Positions 18,704 to 27,804 of a stretch of DNA of 64,000 bases are shown one piece after another. Made by a program: the position numbers and the translations under genes. The notes beneath the pieces were generated by a model, which was not told the DNA's origin, ran no database searches, and saw nothing but the letters and a program-made list of their open reading frames with translations. Source of the stretch: Spirochaetia bacterium (GTDB taxonomy: Bacteria > Spirochaetota > Spirochaetia > JABMQR01); the NCBI GenBank assembly GCA_021736525.1, contig JAIPFR010000001.1, positions 891 through 64,890 of the forward strand. Reading direction: 5' to 3'. Position 1 is the stretch's first letter, and each line of letters starts with the position of its first letter.

Positions 18704-20962
18704 ATGGAAAAACACAAACGACGTCTGATAACCTCAGCCTTACCCTATGTCAACAACATTCCTCACCTTGGAAACCTTATTCAGGTGCTTTCAGCAGATG
18801 TTTTTGCACGATTCTGCCGGATCCGCGGGTATGAAACCCTCTATGTCTGCGGAACTGATGAATATGGGACGGCAACCGAAACCCGCGCTCTGCAGGAGGG
18901 AATAACTCCGCAGGAATTATGTGACCACTACAATGAAATACATACGGAAATATATGACTGGTTCACCATCGCTTTCGACCGTTTCGGAAGGACTTCAACC
19001 CCGAAGCAGACAGAAATTGTCCAGGATATTTTCACCAAAGCTGATGCTGCAGGCTATATAGTCGAGCGTGAGATTGATCAGCTTTTCTGCCATTCCTGCG
19101 ATCGTTTCCTTGCTGATCGTTTTGTCCACGGCATCTGTCCACATTGCGGGTATGAAGATGCCAGAGGTGATCAGTGTGAGCATTGCGGCAAATTGCTTGA
19201 CCCTACCGAGCTGTCTCACCCTGAGTGCGGCGTTTGCGGAAGCGAGCCTGAGCTGCGCTCGACAAAACACCTCTACCTGGATCTTCCCAGGGTACTTCCC
19301 TTGCTGGAAAATTGGATTGATAAAGCTTCAGTAGAAGGATTCTGGGCTAGAAATGCCGTTCAGATGACTAAAAGCTGGATCAGGGACGGTTTGAAGGAAC
19401 GCTGCATAACCCGTGATTTGAAATGGGGAATTCCGGTTCCAAAGGAAGGATACGAAGGGAAAGTTTTTTATGTCTGGTTTGATGCTCCTATAGGTTACAT
19501 ATCTATTTCAGCCAATCATACAGACGACTGGGAATCGTGGTGGAAAAATCCTGAAGAGGTGGAACTCTTTCAATTTATCGGAAAGGATAATATTCCGTTC
19601 CATACCGTAATTTTCCCCAGCTCACTGCTTGCAAGCGGTGACAACTGGACGCTGCTGCACCATATGTCATCAACAGAATATTTAAACTATGAAAACGGCA
19701 AATTCTCAAAAAGCAAGGGGATAGGCGTGTTCGGTACCGATGCCCGGGATACCGGAATTCCTGCTGACGTCTGGCGTTTCTATATCTACTATAATCGTCC
19801 TGAAAAAGCAGATGCTCAATTTACCTGGGCTGATTTTCAAGAAAAGGTTAACGGCGAACTTATCGGTAATCTTGGTAATCTGGTAAACCGGACGATTTCC
19901 TTTATCAATCGATTTTATGACAGCATTGTCCCTGAGGGTGTTGTAGACCCGGATTTTCTAAGAGAAATACAAAAACGTGAAGCTGAAGTAACGCAGCACC
20001 TTGAGCGGGCTGAGCTCAGGGACGGTCTCAGGAAAATTTTTGCTCTTTCGTCTTTCGGCAACAGGACTTTTCAGGCCGGGGAGCCTTGGAAAAGCCGCAA
20101 GGAACAGCCGGAAGCAGCAGCCGGGCTGATCAGAAGCCTGGCCTATCTGATCAGGGATCTTGGAATCATGATAGAGCCCTATCTTCCGGGAACATCCAGA
20201 CGCATTCTCGGATTTTTCGGGGTTGAAGAGATTGCCTGGGATCAGTTAGGAGAGTTTACCGGCCTGGGTTCTGTGGGTAAGGCCGAAATTCTTTTTGATA
20301 AACTTGAAGACGAAGCAATAGCCCTGCTTCGTGATAAGTTTTCGGGTACTCAGGATGATCGCAAGCTTGAAGCCTCAAAGGATTCAAAGGATTCAAAGGA
20401 GAAAAAGATGGAGATGAATAAGGAACAATCTGTCAGCGAGCAGCCTCAGGAAGTACCTGCCGAAGTTCGGTTCAATGAGACTGCGGATTTGCGGGCAGCC
20501 AGAATAACTGCCGTGGAACGGCATCCTGAAGCTGATAAGCTCTACATAGAAACCCTTGATGTCGGTGAGAGCGAATCGCGCACGATAGTTTCCGGACTGG
20601 TTCCTTTTTATTCCGAAGATGAGCTGCTGGGAAGGACAATCATTCTCGTATATAATTTAAAGCCCGCAAAGCTTAGAGGGGTGAAAAGTAACGGGATGCT
20701 GCTGGCGGCAAGCTGTAACAGCGCTGAAGGCGTAAAAGAAGAGGTGGAAGTCCTCTTTGCCGACTGGGCTGAGCCAGGGCAGAGGATTTCTGTCGGGGAT
20801 CTCCAAATTCCAGCTGAAGACAGGAAGAGAATAACCGTTGATGCATTTTTCTCCATCCCGATTTCTGTTACCGATCACGAGGTAAAAGTCGGCAGCCTGC
20901 CCCTTTCAGCAGCGGGAAAAATTATTCGAACTGACAGAATCTCTCATGGAGATGTTGGTTAA
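18704..20962 (+). CDS. metG: methionyl-tRNA synthetase with C-terminal tRNA-binding (EMAP/Trbp111-like) domain
   Basis: HIGH-type motif (PYVNNIPHLGN), Zn knuckle CPHCG...CEHCG, KMSKS (KFSKSKG), low-complexity linker, C-terminal OB-fold tRNA-binding domain. Start chosen at ATG 18704 (MEKHKRRLITSALPYVNN); ORF-track start 18668 also possible. Confidence 0.9.
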   Translation: MEKHKRRLITSALPYVNNIPHLGNLIQVLSADVFARFCRIRGYETLYVCGTDEYGTATETRALQEGITPQELCDHYNEIHTEIYDWFTIAFDRFGRTSTPKQTEIVQDIFTKADAAGYIVEREIDQLFCHSCDRFLADRFVHGICPHCGYEDARGDQCEHCGKLLDPTELSHPECGVCGSEPELRSTKHLYLDLPRVLPLLENWIDKASVEGFWARNAVQMTKSWIRDGLKERCITRDLKWGIPVPKEGYEGKVFYVWFDAPIGYISISANHTDDWESWWKNPEEVELFQFIGKDNIPFHTVIFPSSLLASGDNWTLLHHMSSTEYLNYENGKFSKSKGIGVFGTDARDTGIPADVWRFYIYYNRPEKADAQFTWADFQEKVNGELIGNLGNLVNRTISFINRFYDSIVPEGVVDPDFLREIQKREAEVTQHLERAELRDGLRKIFALSSFGNRTFQAGEPWKSRKEQPEAAAGLIRSLAYLIRDLGIMIEPYLPGTSRRILGFFGVEEIAWDQLGEFTGLGSVGKAEILFDKLEDEAIALLRDKFSGTQDDRKLEASKDSKDSKEKKMEMNKEQSVSEQPQEVPAEVRFNETADLRAARITAVERHPEADKLYIETLDVGESESRTIVSGLVPFYSEDELLGRTIILVYNLKPAKLRGVKSNGMLLAASCNSAEGVKEEVEVLFADWAEPGQRISVGDLQIPAEDRKRITVDAFFSIPISVTDHEVKVGSLPLSAAGKIIRTDRISHGDVG

Positions 20963-22031
20963 GCCTGCCTCTCTGCAGGCGCTTGAGAATGCAGACAATC
21001 CCTTCCAGTCCAGATTCTGGGCAGAAGTAAAAAAAACTAACGGATGGGATCCGCACGCATTTACTCTCTTCTCTGCAGATGCCGGATCTGGAGGACTCTC
21101 AGATTCCATTGGCGGCAGAGTTTTGCTTGTCCTGACAAAAAGAATTTTCCCGGGAGCTGTCATTGCCTATATCCCTTTCGGACCTGACTTGCCGCAAGGG
21201 CATATGGATACTTTAGAAATGAGGCAATTGACTGCTCACCTGCAAAGATCAATAATTCAAAAACTTTTCCTTGTACGATTCGACTTCCCCTGGAATTCAG
21301 TTATTACACGTAAGGACGGCAGCAGAACACCAGGCAGAGATCGATCCAGGCTGTCTCCCCGGCCTCTATCCTATGCCATTCAGCCTGAAGCGACATTGCT
21401 GCTTGATTTAACTCCTTCCCTGGATACTATATATGCCAATTTCAGGAAACGGGCTAAACGGCATATCGCAAAGGGGCTTCAGTCGTTTAGAACGGAAGTA
21501 TATACCGATCCTGTTCCTGAAGAGGTGTTTTCCGACTGGTATGATATTTACAGAACTACTGCCCGCCGGGACGGCTTTAATCCACGTTCAGCTGAATATC
21601 TTCAAAAAATGCTGAGCACGGCAAACGATGACAGCAAATCCTCGGGATGTATGCTTATCGCAGCACGACAACATAACCGCATGGTTGCCGCCAGCATAAC
21701 GCTCATATCCAAAAGCATTGCTGTATACTTGTTTGGTGCTTCTTTACGTTCAGATGACCAACAATGCAGCCCTTCATATCTTGTGCAGTGGCAGGCTATT
21801 CAGGAAGCAAAGCGTCGGGGCTGCAGGGTGTATGATTTTTTTGGTATATCTCCTGCTGATGCCTCTGTTTCCGGAAAACCTCATCATCTTCAGAGTCTCT
21901 CCCAATTCAAGCAGTCCTTCGGCGGTCTGTATGCTGAAAGGCCGGGCACCTGGGATGTTCCGCTGCGTCCGTTGACCTATAAGCTGTTTTCTATGGCAGA
22001 AAAGTACCGCATACGTGCTGCACGTTCATAA
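20946..22031 (+). CDS. FemAB-family peptidoglycan branch aminoacyltransferase-like protein
   Basis: 361 aa with GNAT-like FemABX architecture (central KRAKRHIAKG-type motif, two acyltransferase halves). Overlaps metG stop by 17 nt. Confidence 0.5.
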   Translation: MEMLVKPASLQALENADNPFQSRFWAEVKKTNGWDPHAFTLFSADAGSGGLSDSIGGRVLLVLTKRIFPGAVIAYIPFGPDLPQGHMDTLEMRQLTAHLQRSIIQKLFLVRFDFPWNSVITRKDGSRTPGRDRSRLSPRPLSYAIQPEATLLLDLTPSLDTIYANFRKRAKRHIAKGLQSFRTEVYTDPVPEEVFSDWYDIYRTTARRDGFNPRSAEYLQKMLSTANDDSKSSGCMLIAARQHNRMVAASITLISKSIAVYLFGASLRSDDQQCSPSYLVQWQAIQEAKRRGCRVYDFFGISPADASVSGKPHHLQSLSQFKQSFGGLYAERPGTWDVPLRPLTYKLFSMAEKYRIRAARS

Positions 22032-22056
22032 AACATCTTTGTTGCGGAATCTTTTT

Positions 22057-23421
22057 TCATCCGATACTGCCGGTATTCAATGGTGACCGCTTATTGCACA
22101 ATAAACGGAAACGATCTCCTCTGTCGAATTCATGGAGAAACAGTTCAAACGAAGAGGCACCAGGGGAGAGCAAGACACAGCTTGGTGTATCCATGTCATC
22201 ATCATTGAAAGCTATTTCACTCGCAGCATTAAAGGCTTTCTCCATAGAAGAGTGAGGACCGGTAAATTGTATATTTTCAGCAATCAGAAGGGGGATGAGT
22301 TTTCGCGTCAGTGATCCATCTAGAAGATGAACCGTTGCTGATCGCCTGCATGCCTCAACCAGATTATCCAGTTCGAGGTTTTTGTCAGTTCCACCGGCAA
22401 TAAGGTGTACTTTCTGGCTGCTGAACCTGGAAACCGCAAAAAGGGCTGCTTCCGGTACAGTTGCAGCGCTGTCATTAATGAAGGAAATTTTTCTTTTCCC
22501 GCGGAATTGTACAGCCGCTGTCTCTTGTCGATGAGGGATGCCGGGAAAATTTTCCAGTCTTTTGACAATCTGATCGTTTGAAACACCCCAGACTGAGCAG
22601 GCCGATGCTGCCGGGATCAATTCATATGAAATATCAGCCAGTGGTTGAGTTGAGTCCAAGTGAATATTTGCTGAACGATTTGTCTGGAAAAAGAGTATCT
22701 CAGGGGCATCGGCTGCATGGTAGTTTATAATATGTCTGACTTCAGCCGGCGCAACTGCTTTACCGTGGGGTTTTAACAAACTGAATATTTTACATTTATC
22801 TGAAAAATAGTCGTTTAATGAGGCATAAGCATTGAGATGATCAGAAAACAATGATGTGAGAACAGCAAGAGATAAGTATTTACCTTTATTTGAATTATAT
22901 CGGGCAGCATCACGAAGCTGCCATGAGGACATTTCTGCTATAAGTACGGTTTTTTTTCTTTCTTCTGCAGTCATAGCCTCAACTTGCTCGAGTGCGGTAA
23001 AAGGTGATATTCCCATATTGCCCATCAGGATTGGATTTGCATCAGAATTTTCAAGTATGTAGGCTATGGCCGATGCAGTGGTCGATTTACCTTTTGTTCC
23101 GGTAATGCCTATGACAGGCAGTTGAAACAGGGGCAGGGTATAGGAAAAATCACTTTGTACATTTCGGCAGCCGGAAAGAATGGAAAGATCAGGGGCAGCT
23201 GCAGGGCTTTTTATTATCAAATCGGCAGAATGTACCACGTGCTCAGGATGACTTTCTAAATAGTAGGTTATAGGGTAATCTTTCAGCTGTTTAATAGAAT
23301 TCGCTAATCGGGATTTATCTGCCAGATCGGTAACGACGACTGAATGTCCTGCTTTTGCAAAATATGCTGCTGCTCCAGTTCCGCCTCCATGCTGGCCTAA
23401 TCCGAATATCAAAACATTCAT
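22057..23421 (-). CDS. murD: UDP-N-acetylmuramoylalanine--D-glutamate ligase (MurD-type Mur ligase)
   Basis: N-terminal Rossmann-like FGLGQHGGGTGAAAYFAKAGHSVVVTD, Mur ligase P-loop IGITGTKGKSTT; 454 aa; RBS AGGAG upstream. Confidence 0.75.
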   Translation of the reverse strand: MNVLIFGLGQHGGGTGAAAYFAKAGHSVVVTDLADKSRLANSIKQLKDYPITYYLESHPEHVVHSADLIIKSPAAAPDLSILSGCRNVQSDFSYTLPLFQLPVIGITGTKGKSTTASAIAYILENSDANPILMGNMGISPFTALEQVEAMTAEERKKTVLIAEMSSWQLRDAARYNSNKGKYLSLAVLTSLFSDHLNAYASLNDYFSDKCKIFSLLKPHGKAVAPAEVRHIINYHAADAPEILFFQTNRSANIHLDSTQPLADISYELIPAASACSVWGVSNDQIVKRLENFPGIPHRQETAAVQFRGKRKISFINDSAATVPEAALFAVSRFSSQKVHLIAGGTDKNLELDNLVEACRRSATVHLLDGSLTRKLIPLLIAENIQFTGPHSSMEKAFNAASEIAFNDDDMDTPSCVLLSPGASSFELFLHEFDRGDRFRLLCNKRSPLNTGSIG

Positions 23422-23595
23422 GCTGCTCCTGGCTGCTCCTGCGTGCAGAAATTAATTGCTTCCCAGATTTCCCTTACATTATAGTTGGCAGCACCGATAA
23501 TTACAATAATTACTGGTGCTTCACCTGAACCCCTTGACCTCAATAAGCTTAATAGGCATAATGTGCGAGACTTTGAATAAGTAAGGAGCTTAACT

Positions 23596-23685
23596 GTGCC
23601 CTGTGGAAAAAAAAGAAAAAGACATAAGATTGCAACTCACAAAAGAAAGAAAAAATTAAGAAAGAATAGGCATAAGAAAAAATAA
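23596..23685 (+). CDS. 29-aa ultra-basic small protein, candidate bS22-type ribosomal protein (AURKAIP1/mS38-like C-terminal motif)
   Basis: GTG start 8 nt after a perfect AAGGAG RBS. Translation MPCGKKRKRHKIATHKRKKKLRKNRHKKK*. Not in the supplied ORF track (below 60 aa). Confidence 0.5.
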   Translation: MPCGKKRKRHKIATHKRKKKLRKNRHKKK

Positions 23686-23693
23686 AAAGATAA

Positions 23694-23721
23694 TTCCAGA
23701 AGATATACTGATTTTCTGGAA
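23694..23721. terminator. hairpin, possible terminator between small ORF and UDPGP gene
   Basis: TTCCAGAA-12 nt loop-TTCTGGAA. T-rich run on the minus side (TTATCTTTTTATTTTTT), none on plus. Confidence 0.35.
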
Positions 23722-23892
23722 TTGTCAGGATTAGCAGCAGAATGATCCTGCAGCTGTAATGACTCTTTGCTGAGAAGCTGTTCCCGATAGAATACTGAAA
23801 AGTACAGGGAACGGCTTTTTTCTGTCCTTGCTGCAATCAAGTCTAGACAGTATATTTTTGTTACCAGCGTTTATTCTGCTGTATATTCCCGG

Positions 23893-25437
23893 TTAAAGTT
23901 CCAGCGGTTCAGGAACCCATTTTCCTTCTGACAGTCTCATTCCATATGTATGCTCAAGTAAATAGTGAAGACCTCGCTGCATGGCTAAACTGAGATTGCA
24001 GAAGTCTTTGTAGGATCTGTCATGAGACAGCAGCTGCGGTGCAATTTCATCAGCCCGAGATGTCAGAAGCATCTCTGAAAGCATTTTTGCCGCAAGAAAG
24101 CGTTTCGGTTTTTCTACTGCCAGAATCAGAGGATGAGGTATCATCTCAAGAACTTCCCAAGTAATCTGTTCGGCTTGAGCATATTTGCCGGCATCCTTGT
24201 CCTGTTCACTTATTCGTACGGGAAGGTTTTCTATTATAGCATCCAGACTTTTCGTCAGATACCGCAGATCAAAAATACCGGATGCGCAATTGAAAAGTAT
24301 TTCTTTACCAAGCTTTTCTGCTTCGTTAACTGAAGATACCGGGATGGCGGCTCCGATGTCAGCACAGACGAATCGTCCTGATGCAGCGTGCTCTACAAGA
24401 ATCCCACCCTTAACATCTACGGGGGTTTTGCGGGAGAATTCAAATGAAGCCTGGGATCCGTTGAGCACTGTAAGAGCAAGGTGAACCGGGTCAGGAACAT
24501 TGCCAAGATTGTCAATATTAACCAGAGTACTCAAATAGTAACCGTTGGAAAAAAGTTTTTCGTAGACAGGCCGCAGAACTGAAAAATTCTGGCCATGTCC
24601 CCCGGGAAGCGGCAGAAGTGCGTCACGCTTTCCGTAGGCTTCAGTAAATACTTTGCGGGGAAAGCCGACTTCTTTATGGGTCAAGGCGGCAAGAAGCGGT
24701 TGTGTTTCACTTTGAACATTTGTAATGTCAAAACCAATGCGTTCAATGAGATCTATAAGCAGCGGAGAACTGCTGAAGGATTTATATGCTGATTCAAGGG
24801 AATTTGCTGTAGAGGGATTTCTCATTTCAAAAATAGGGATTCGGATTTTTTTGCCGGTATGTTTTTCAGCTTCAAGCATTAACAAGAGCAGCGCCCGCAT
24901 TTTGAGCTCAATAAAAGAAAAACCGGGAGAGCCGTCTGGATTGACATAAGCCGGCACAAGTGCTTTTGGCTTATCTATGCAGTACCCGGCATTCTCCTGA
25001 TAAGATTTTCCAAGAATAGAAAAAAGGGGTGGGAGATAGGAACTGTTACGCTTATCATCTATATAGCTTGTTGCCGACCCGCCGTTAAGAATTCCGTAAG
25101 CTGTTACTCCAAGCAGGTTCAGTCCTAATTTACGTAAATTATTATAATCAAAAGTGACATCATATTTTCCATCAGGTCTGCAGTAATGATCTATAGCAAG
25201 GTCAGGGAGCAGGGAAATAACTCGTTCTACAGCTTTCTTTCTGGACAGAGTCAAGGAGAGGCTGTCAGAGGGATATGCTATGGAAGGAGAACGGGTGTCT
25301 GGTATAAAATACTGGTTATGAATATCCTGTTCCGGGGAAGACTCCGCATTAGCTTTCCGTAGAATATCAAGGGTTGCCTGTTTGTCGATACTATAGTTGA
25401 TGTAGGGTAAGTCGATGATCTCATTTTTTTTTTGCAT
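23893..25437 (-). CDS. UTP--monosaccharide-1-phosphate uridylyltransferase, eukaryotic-type UDPGP family
   Basis: 514 aa. ILNGGSATSY (LNGGLGTSMG-like), NIDNLGN (UGPase NIDNLGA), VDVKGGIL (catalytic KGG) in the UGP2-like order. Confidence 0.6.
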   Translation of the reverse strand: MQKKNEIIDLPYINYSIDKQATLDILRKANAESSPEQDIHNQYFIPDTRSPSIAYPSDSLSLTLSRKKAVERVISLLPDLAIDHYCRPDGKYDVTFDYNNLRKLGLNLLGVTAYGILNGGSATSYIDDKRNSSYLPPLFSILGKSYQENAGYCIDKPKALVPAYVNPDGSPGFSFIELKMRALLLLMLEAEKHTGKKIRIPIFEMRNPSTANSLESAYKSFSSSPLLIDLIERIGFDITNVQSETQPLLAALTHKEVGFPRKVFTEAYGKRDALLPLPGGHGQNFSVLRPVYEKLFSNGYYLSTLVNIDNLGNVPDPVHLALTVLNGSQASFEFSRKTPVDVKGGILVEHAASGRFVCADIGAAIPVSSVNEAEKLGKEILFNCASGIFDLRYLTKSLDAIIENLPVRISEQDKDAGKYAQAEQITWEVLEMIPHPLILAVEKPKRFLAAKMLSEMLLTSRADEIAPQLLSHDRSYKDFCNLSLAMQRGLHYLLEHTYGMRLSEGKWVPEPLEL

Positions 25438-25527
25438 AAGTAATAATACTCTGCTGACAGGTTAAAAATCAAGATTTCTTTTCAATTTGCCAGATGGTTT
25501 ATTTACAGGAGAAGCAAAGCCTGGTTG

Positions 25528-25556
25528 TTGACAATTGCATAACTCTATGGTAGTTT
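25528..25556 (+). promoter_or_regulatory. candidate sigma70-type promoter of the rpsF operon
   Basis: TTGACA (25528-25533), 17-nt spacer, TAGTTT (25551-25556), about 55 nt upstream of rpsF start. Confidence 0.35.
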
Positions 25557-25611
25557 GCTTTGACCTCTTTATCCGCAGTCAGCGGATCATTATAGTCCAC
25601 AAGGAGGGAGT

Positions 25612-25893
25612 ATGAGAACCTACGAATTTACTGTTATTCTTCGAGCAGAAGAAGATGCAGCCGCTAAAGGAAAAGAACTTGTCAAGAAGGAACTGGCCAA
25701 TGCAAACGCGGCTATCCTTAAGGAAGAAGATCTTGGCATACGTGTTCTCGCATACCCAATCAAGAAGGAAGAAAAGGGACGTTATCTCTACATGGAACTT
25801 CAGGCGGATCCTGCCGTTATTTCTGTAATAGAGAAAAACTGTCTTTTGATGAATCCCGTGCTGAAATTCTTGTTTGTAAAAAAAGAATCATAG
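25612..25893 (+). CDS. rpsF: 30S ribosomal protein S6
   Basis: MRTYEFTVILRAEE... canonical bS6 N-terminus; RBS GGAGGGAG upstream. Confidence 0.9.
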   Translation: MRTYEFTVILRAEEDAAAKGKELVKKELANANAAILKEEDLGIRVLAYPIKKEEKGRYLYMELQADPAVISVIEKNCLLMNPVLKFLFVKKES

Positions 25894-25911
25894 ATATCGG
25901 AGAGCGTTTTT

Positions 25912-26388
25912 ATGGCAAACGATATAAACATGGTCGTTTTGGTAGGACGGCTCACGCGTGATGCTGAGCTCAGGTATACCAATTCCGGTACCGCTGTCTG
26001 CAAATTTTCTCTTGCCGTTAACCGAAAAAAGAGGTCGGGCGACACATGGGAAGATGAAGTAAGTTTTTTCGATATTGTTGTATGGGGAAAACAGGGAGAG
26101 GCGGTGAGTCGGTACCTGGAGAAGGGAAAGCAAGTTTCCGTAGCAGGAGAGCTGCGCCAAAATCGATGGGAACAGGATGGGCAGCCGCGCAGTAAAGTGG
26201 AAGTCGTCGTGACTAATCTGCAGCTGCTTGGCGGAGGCGGTCCAACCGGGACAGGTCAGGGTACTCCGCAAGGTAGAGCTTCAGCGGGACCAAGTATGCA
26301 AAAACCTGAACCTGCCAGATCTGCAGGATCCGGAAATGATTATTCCTATTCTGGTCCTGAACAATTTGATGATGACATACCTTTTTAA
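25912..26388 (+). CDS. ssb: single-stranded DNA-binding protein
   Basis: OB fold N-terminus MVVLVGRLTRDAELRYT, Gly/Pro/Gln-rich linker, acidic C-terminal tip DDDIPF. Confidence 0.9.
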   Translation: MANDINMVVLVGRLTRDAELRYTNSGTAVCKFSLAVNRKKRSGDTWEDEVSFFDIVVWGKQGEAVSRYLEKGKQVSVAGELRQNRWEQDGQPRSKVEVVVTNLQLLGGGGPTGTGQGTPQGRASAGPSMQKPEPARSAGSGNDYSYSGPEQFDDDIPF

Positions 26389-26412
26389 GAGGATTGAGGA
26401 GAAATTGCAAAA

Positions 26413-26802
26413 ATGAGTGAAGAAGCAAAAGCACCTGCTGCAGGCAGCACCAACACTAGACCAGCTCCGCAGCGGCAGAATGATAACAGAAGCTACGGCG
26501 GCGGAGATAACCGTGATCGTGACGGACGGGACAGTCGGGACAGTCGTGACAGAAGACGAGGTCCAGGCGGTCCCAGGCGTCCTGGCGGCAGCGGCATGTT
26601 CAGAAAGAAAGTATGCCGATTCTGCACACAGAACCTTAAGGCTGATTATAAGGATTTTGACGGCCTTAGAAGATTTATTACTGAAAGAGGCAAAATATTG
26701 CCGAGAAGAATAACCGGAACCTGTGCTAAGCACCAGAGAACACTTTCAACAGAAATCAAGAAAGCTCGGGTACTTGCATATTTACCGTTTGAAAAGAAGT
26801 AG
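26413..26802 (+). CDS. rpsR: 30S ribosomal protein S18 with ~60-aa Arg/Asp/Gly-rich N-terminal extension
   Basis: C-terminal 65 aa ([12 protein letters not shown]...[27 protein letters not shown]) is canonical bS18; N-terminus is low-complexity RD/RG repeats. Confidence 0.85.
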   Translation: MSEEAKAPAAGSTNTRPAPQRQNDNRSYGGGDNRDRDGRDSRDSRDRRRGPGGPRRPGGSGMFRKKVCRFCTQNLKADYKDFDGLRRFITERGKILPRRITGTCAKHQRTLSTEIKKARVLAYLPFEKK

Positions 26803-26820
26803 AAGCAGATATCTTATCTA

Positions 26821-27804
26821 ATGGACAATATACGTAGCCATACATATTATCATTTGGTTGTTTACAGCATTGCAGTAATTATACTGTCAAGGTTTGGTCT
26901 TTTGTTTTATTTTTGTATGGTTCCGCTGCATTTACTGTACAGGAATTACCCTGCAAAAGTGTTTTTCAAGACTGCAGGGATATTGACCGCAGGAATTGTT
27001 CTATGGGATATACTGAAGTATACCGGCATTGGTCTTTCGGGATCAGCCTATTTGCTTGCTGCTATTGGAATGTTTTATCCTGCGATGCTCCTGATGAGCA
27101 CCATGGTCTATTACCTTCCTGCTGTCAGCAGGCGACAGATCAGAATGGGAATTGCCTCCTTAGTTCCCGCTGCAGCTGGAACAATAATAATTGTTCTGCT
27201 TAACGGGGACAATCCGGCGGCCGGAGATGTTATTGATTTCTATTCCCGGATTTTTTCGGAAATCCTTGCATCTGCAATGCCGGGGGCACAGGAACTTGGA
27301 TCAGCAGACTTTCTTTTCCTGCTGGCATTGGAAATAATGAAGGCAACATTTTTGCCTTTCTGGTTTATTATATTCGGGGCAGGAATTTTACTGAGTGAGA
27401 TAGCTGTTCAGAGAAAATCAAGTGCAGCAGGACCGGTAAAAACCTTTCTTGATTATTTTTCGGTATCCGATAAACTTCTTTGGCCGTTTATTGGAAGCTG
27501 GATGTTAGTTTTGCTGGATATAGTATTCGGATTGGGAGCATTTGGCGACTTGATCTGGAATGCCGCTCTTGTTTTCCTTCTTTTTTACGGTACGGCAGGA
27601 ATATCTATTCTATCGTATTGGGGCAGGAAAAAACATTTAAGAATGCACCCGCTTTCGTGGGTTATACTGGCAATTTTTTTGCTGTTTATACCGGGTATAA
27701 ATGTTATTTTGATTATAACGGTTCCTGTACTGGGATTATCAGAACACTGGATCCACTACAGGTTAGCGTCGAAGGAGAAGATAGATGAAAATAATACTGA
27801 ATGA
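26821..27804 (+). CDS. polytopic membrane protein, YybS-like (DUF2232) by position
   Basis: 327 aa, about 8 predicted TM helices. Sits between rpsR and rplI like B. subtilis yybS in rpsF-ssb-rpsR...yybS-(gdpP)-rplI-dnaC. Confidence 0.45.
   Translation: MDNIRSHTYYHLVVYSIAVIILSRFGLLFYFCMVPLHLLYRNYPAKVFFKTAGILTAGIVLWDILKYTGIGLSGSAYLLAAIGMFYPAMLLMSTMVYYLPAVSRRQIRMGIASLVPAAAGTIIIVLLNGDNPAAGDVIDFYSRIFSEILASAMPGAQELGSADFLFLLALEIMKATFLPFWFIIFGAGILLSEIAVQRKSSAAGPVKTFLDYFSVSDKLLWPFIGSWMLVLLDIVFGLGAFGDLIWNAALVFLLFYGTAGISILSYWGRKKHLRMHPLSWVILAIFLLFIPGINVILIITVPVLGLSEHWIHYRLASKEKIDENNTE

Noticed and set aside
23549-23840. Two minus-strand ORFs (95 and 67 aa) from the ORF track in the murD-UDPGP intergenic region
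   Set aside because: They are the antisense of the A-rich small basic ORF. Their translations are Phe/Leu/Ser low-complexity (FFFFFHRAQL, FFLCLFFLNFFFLL). No RBS is present. The plus-strand 29-aa ORF with AAGGAG RBS explains the region better.
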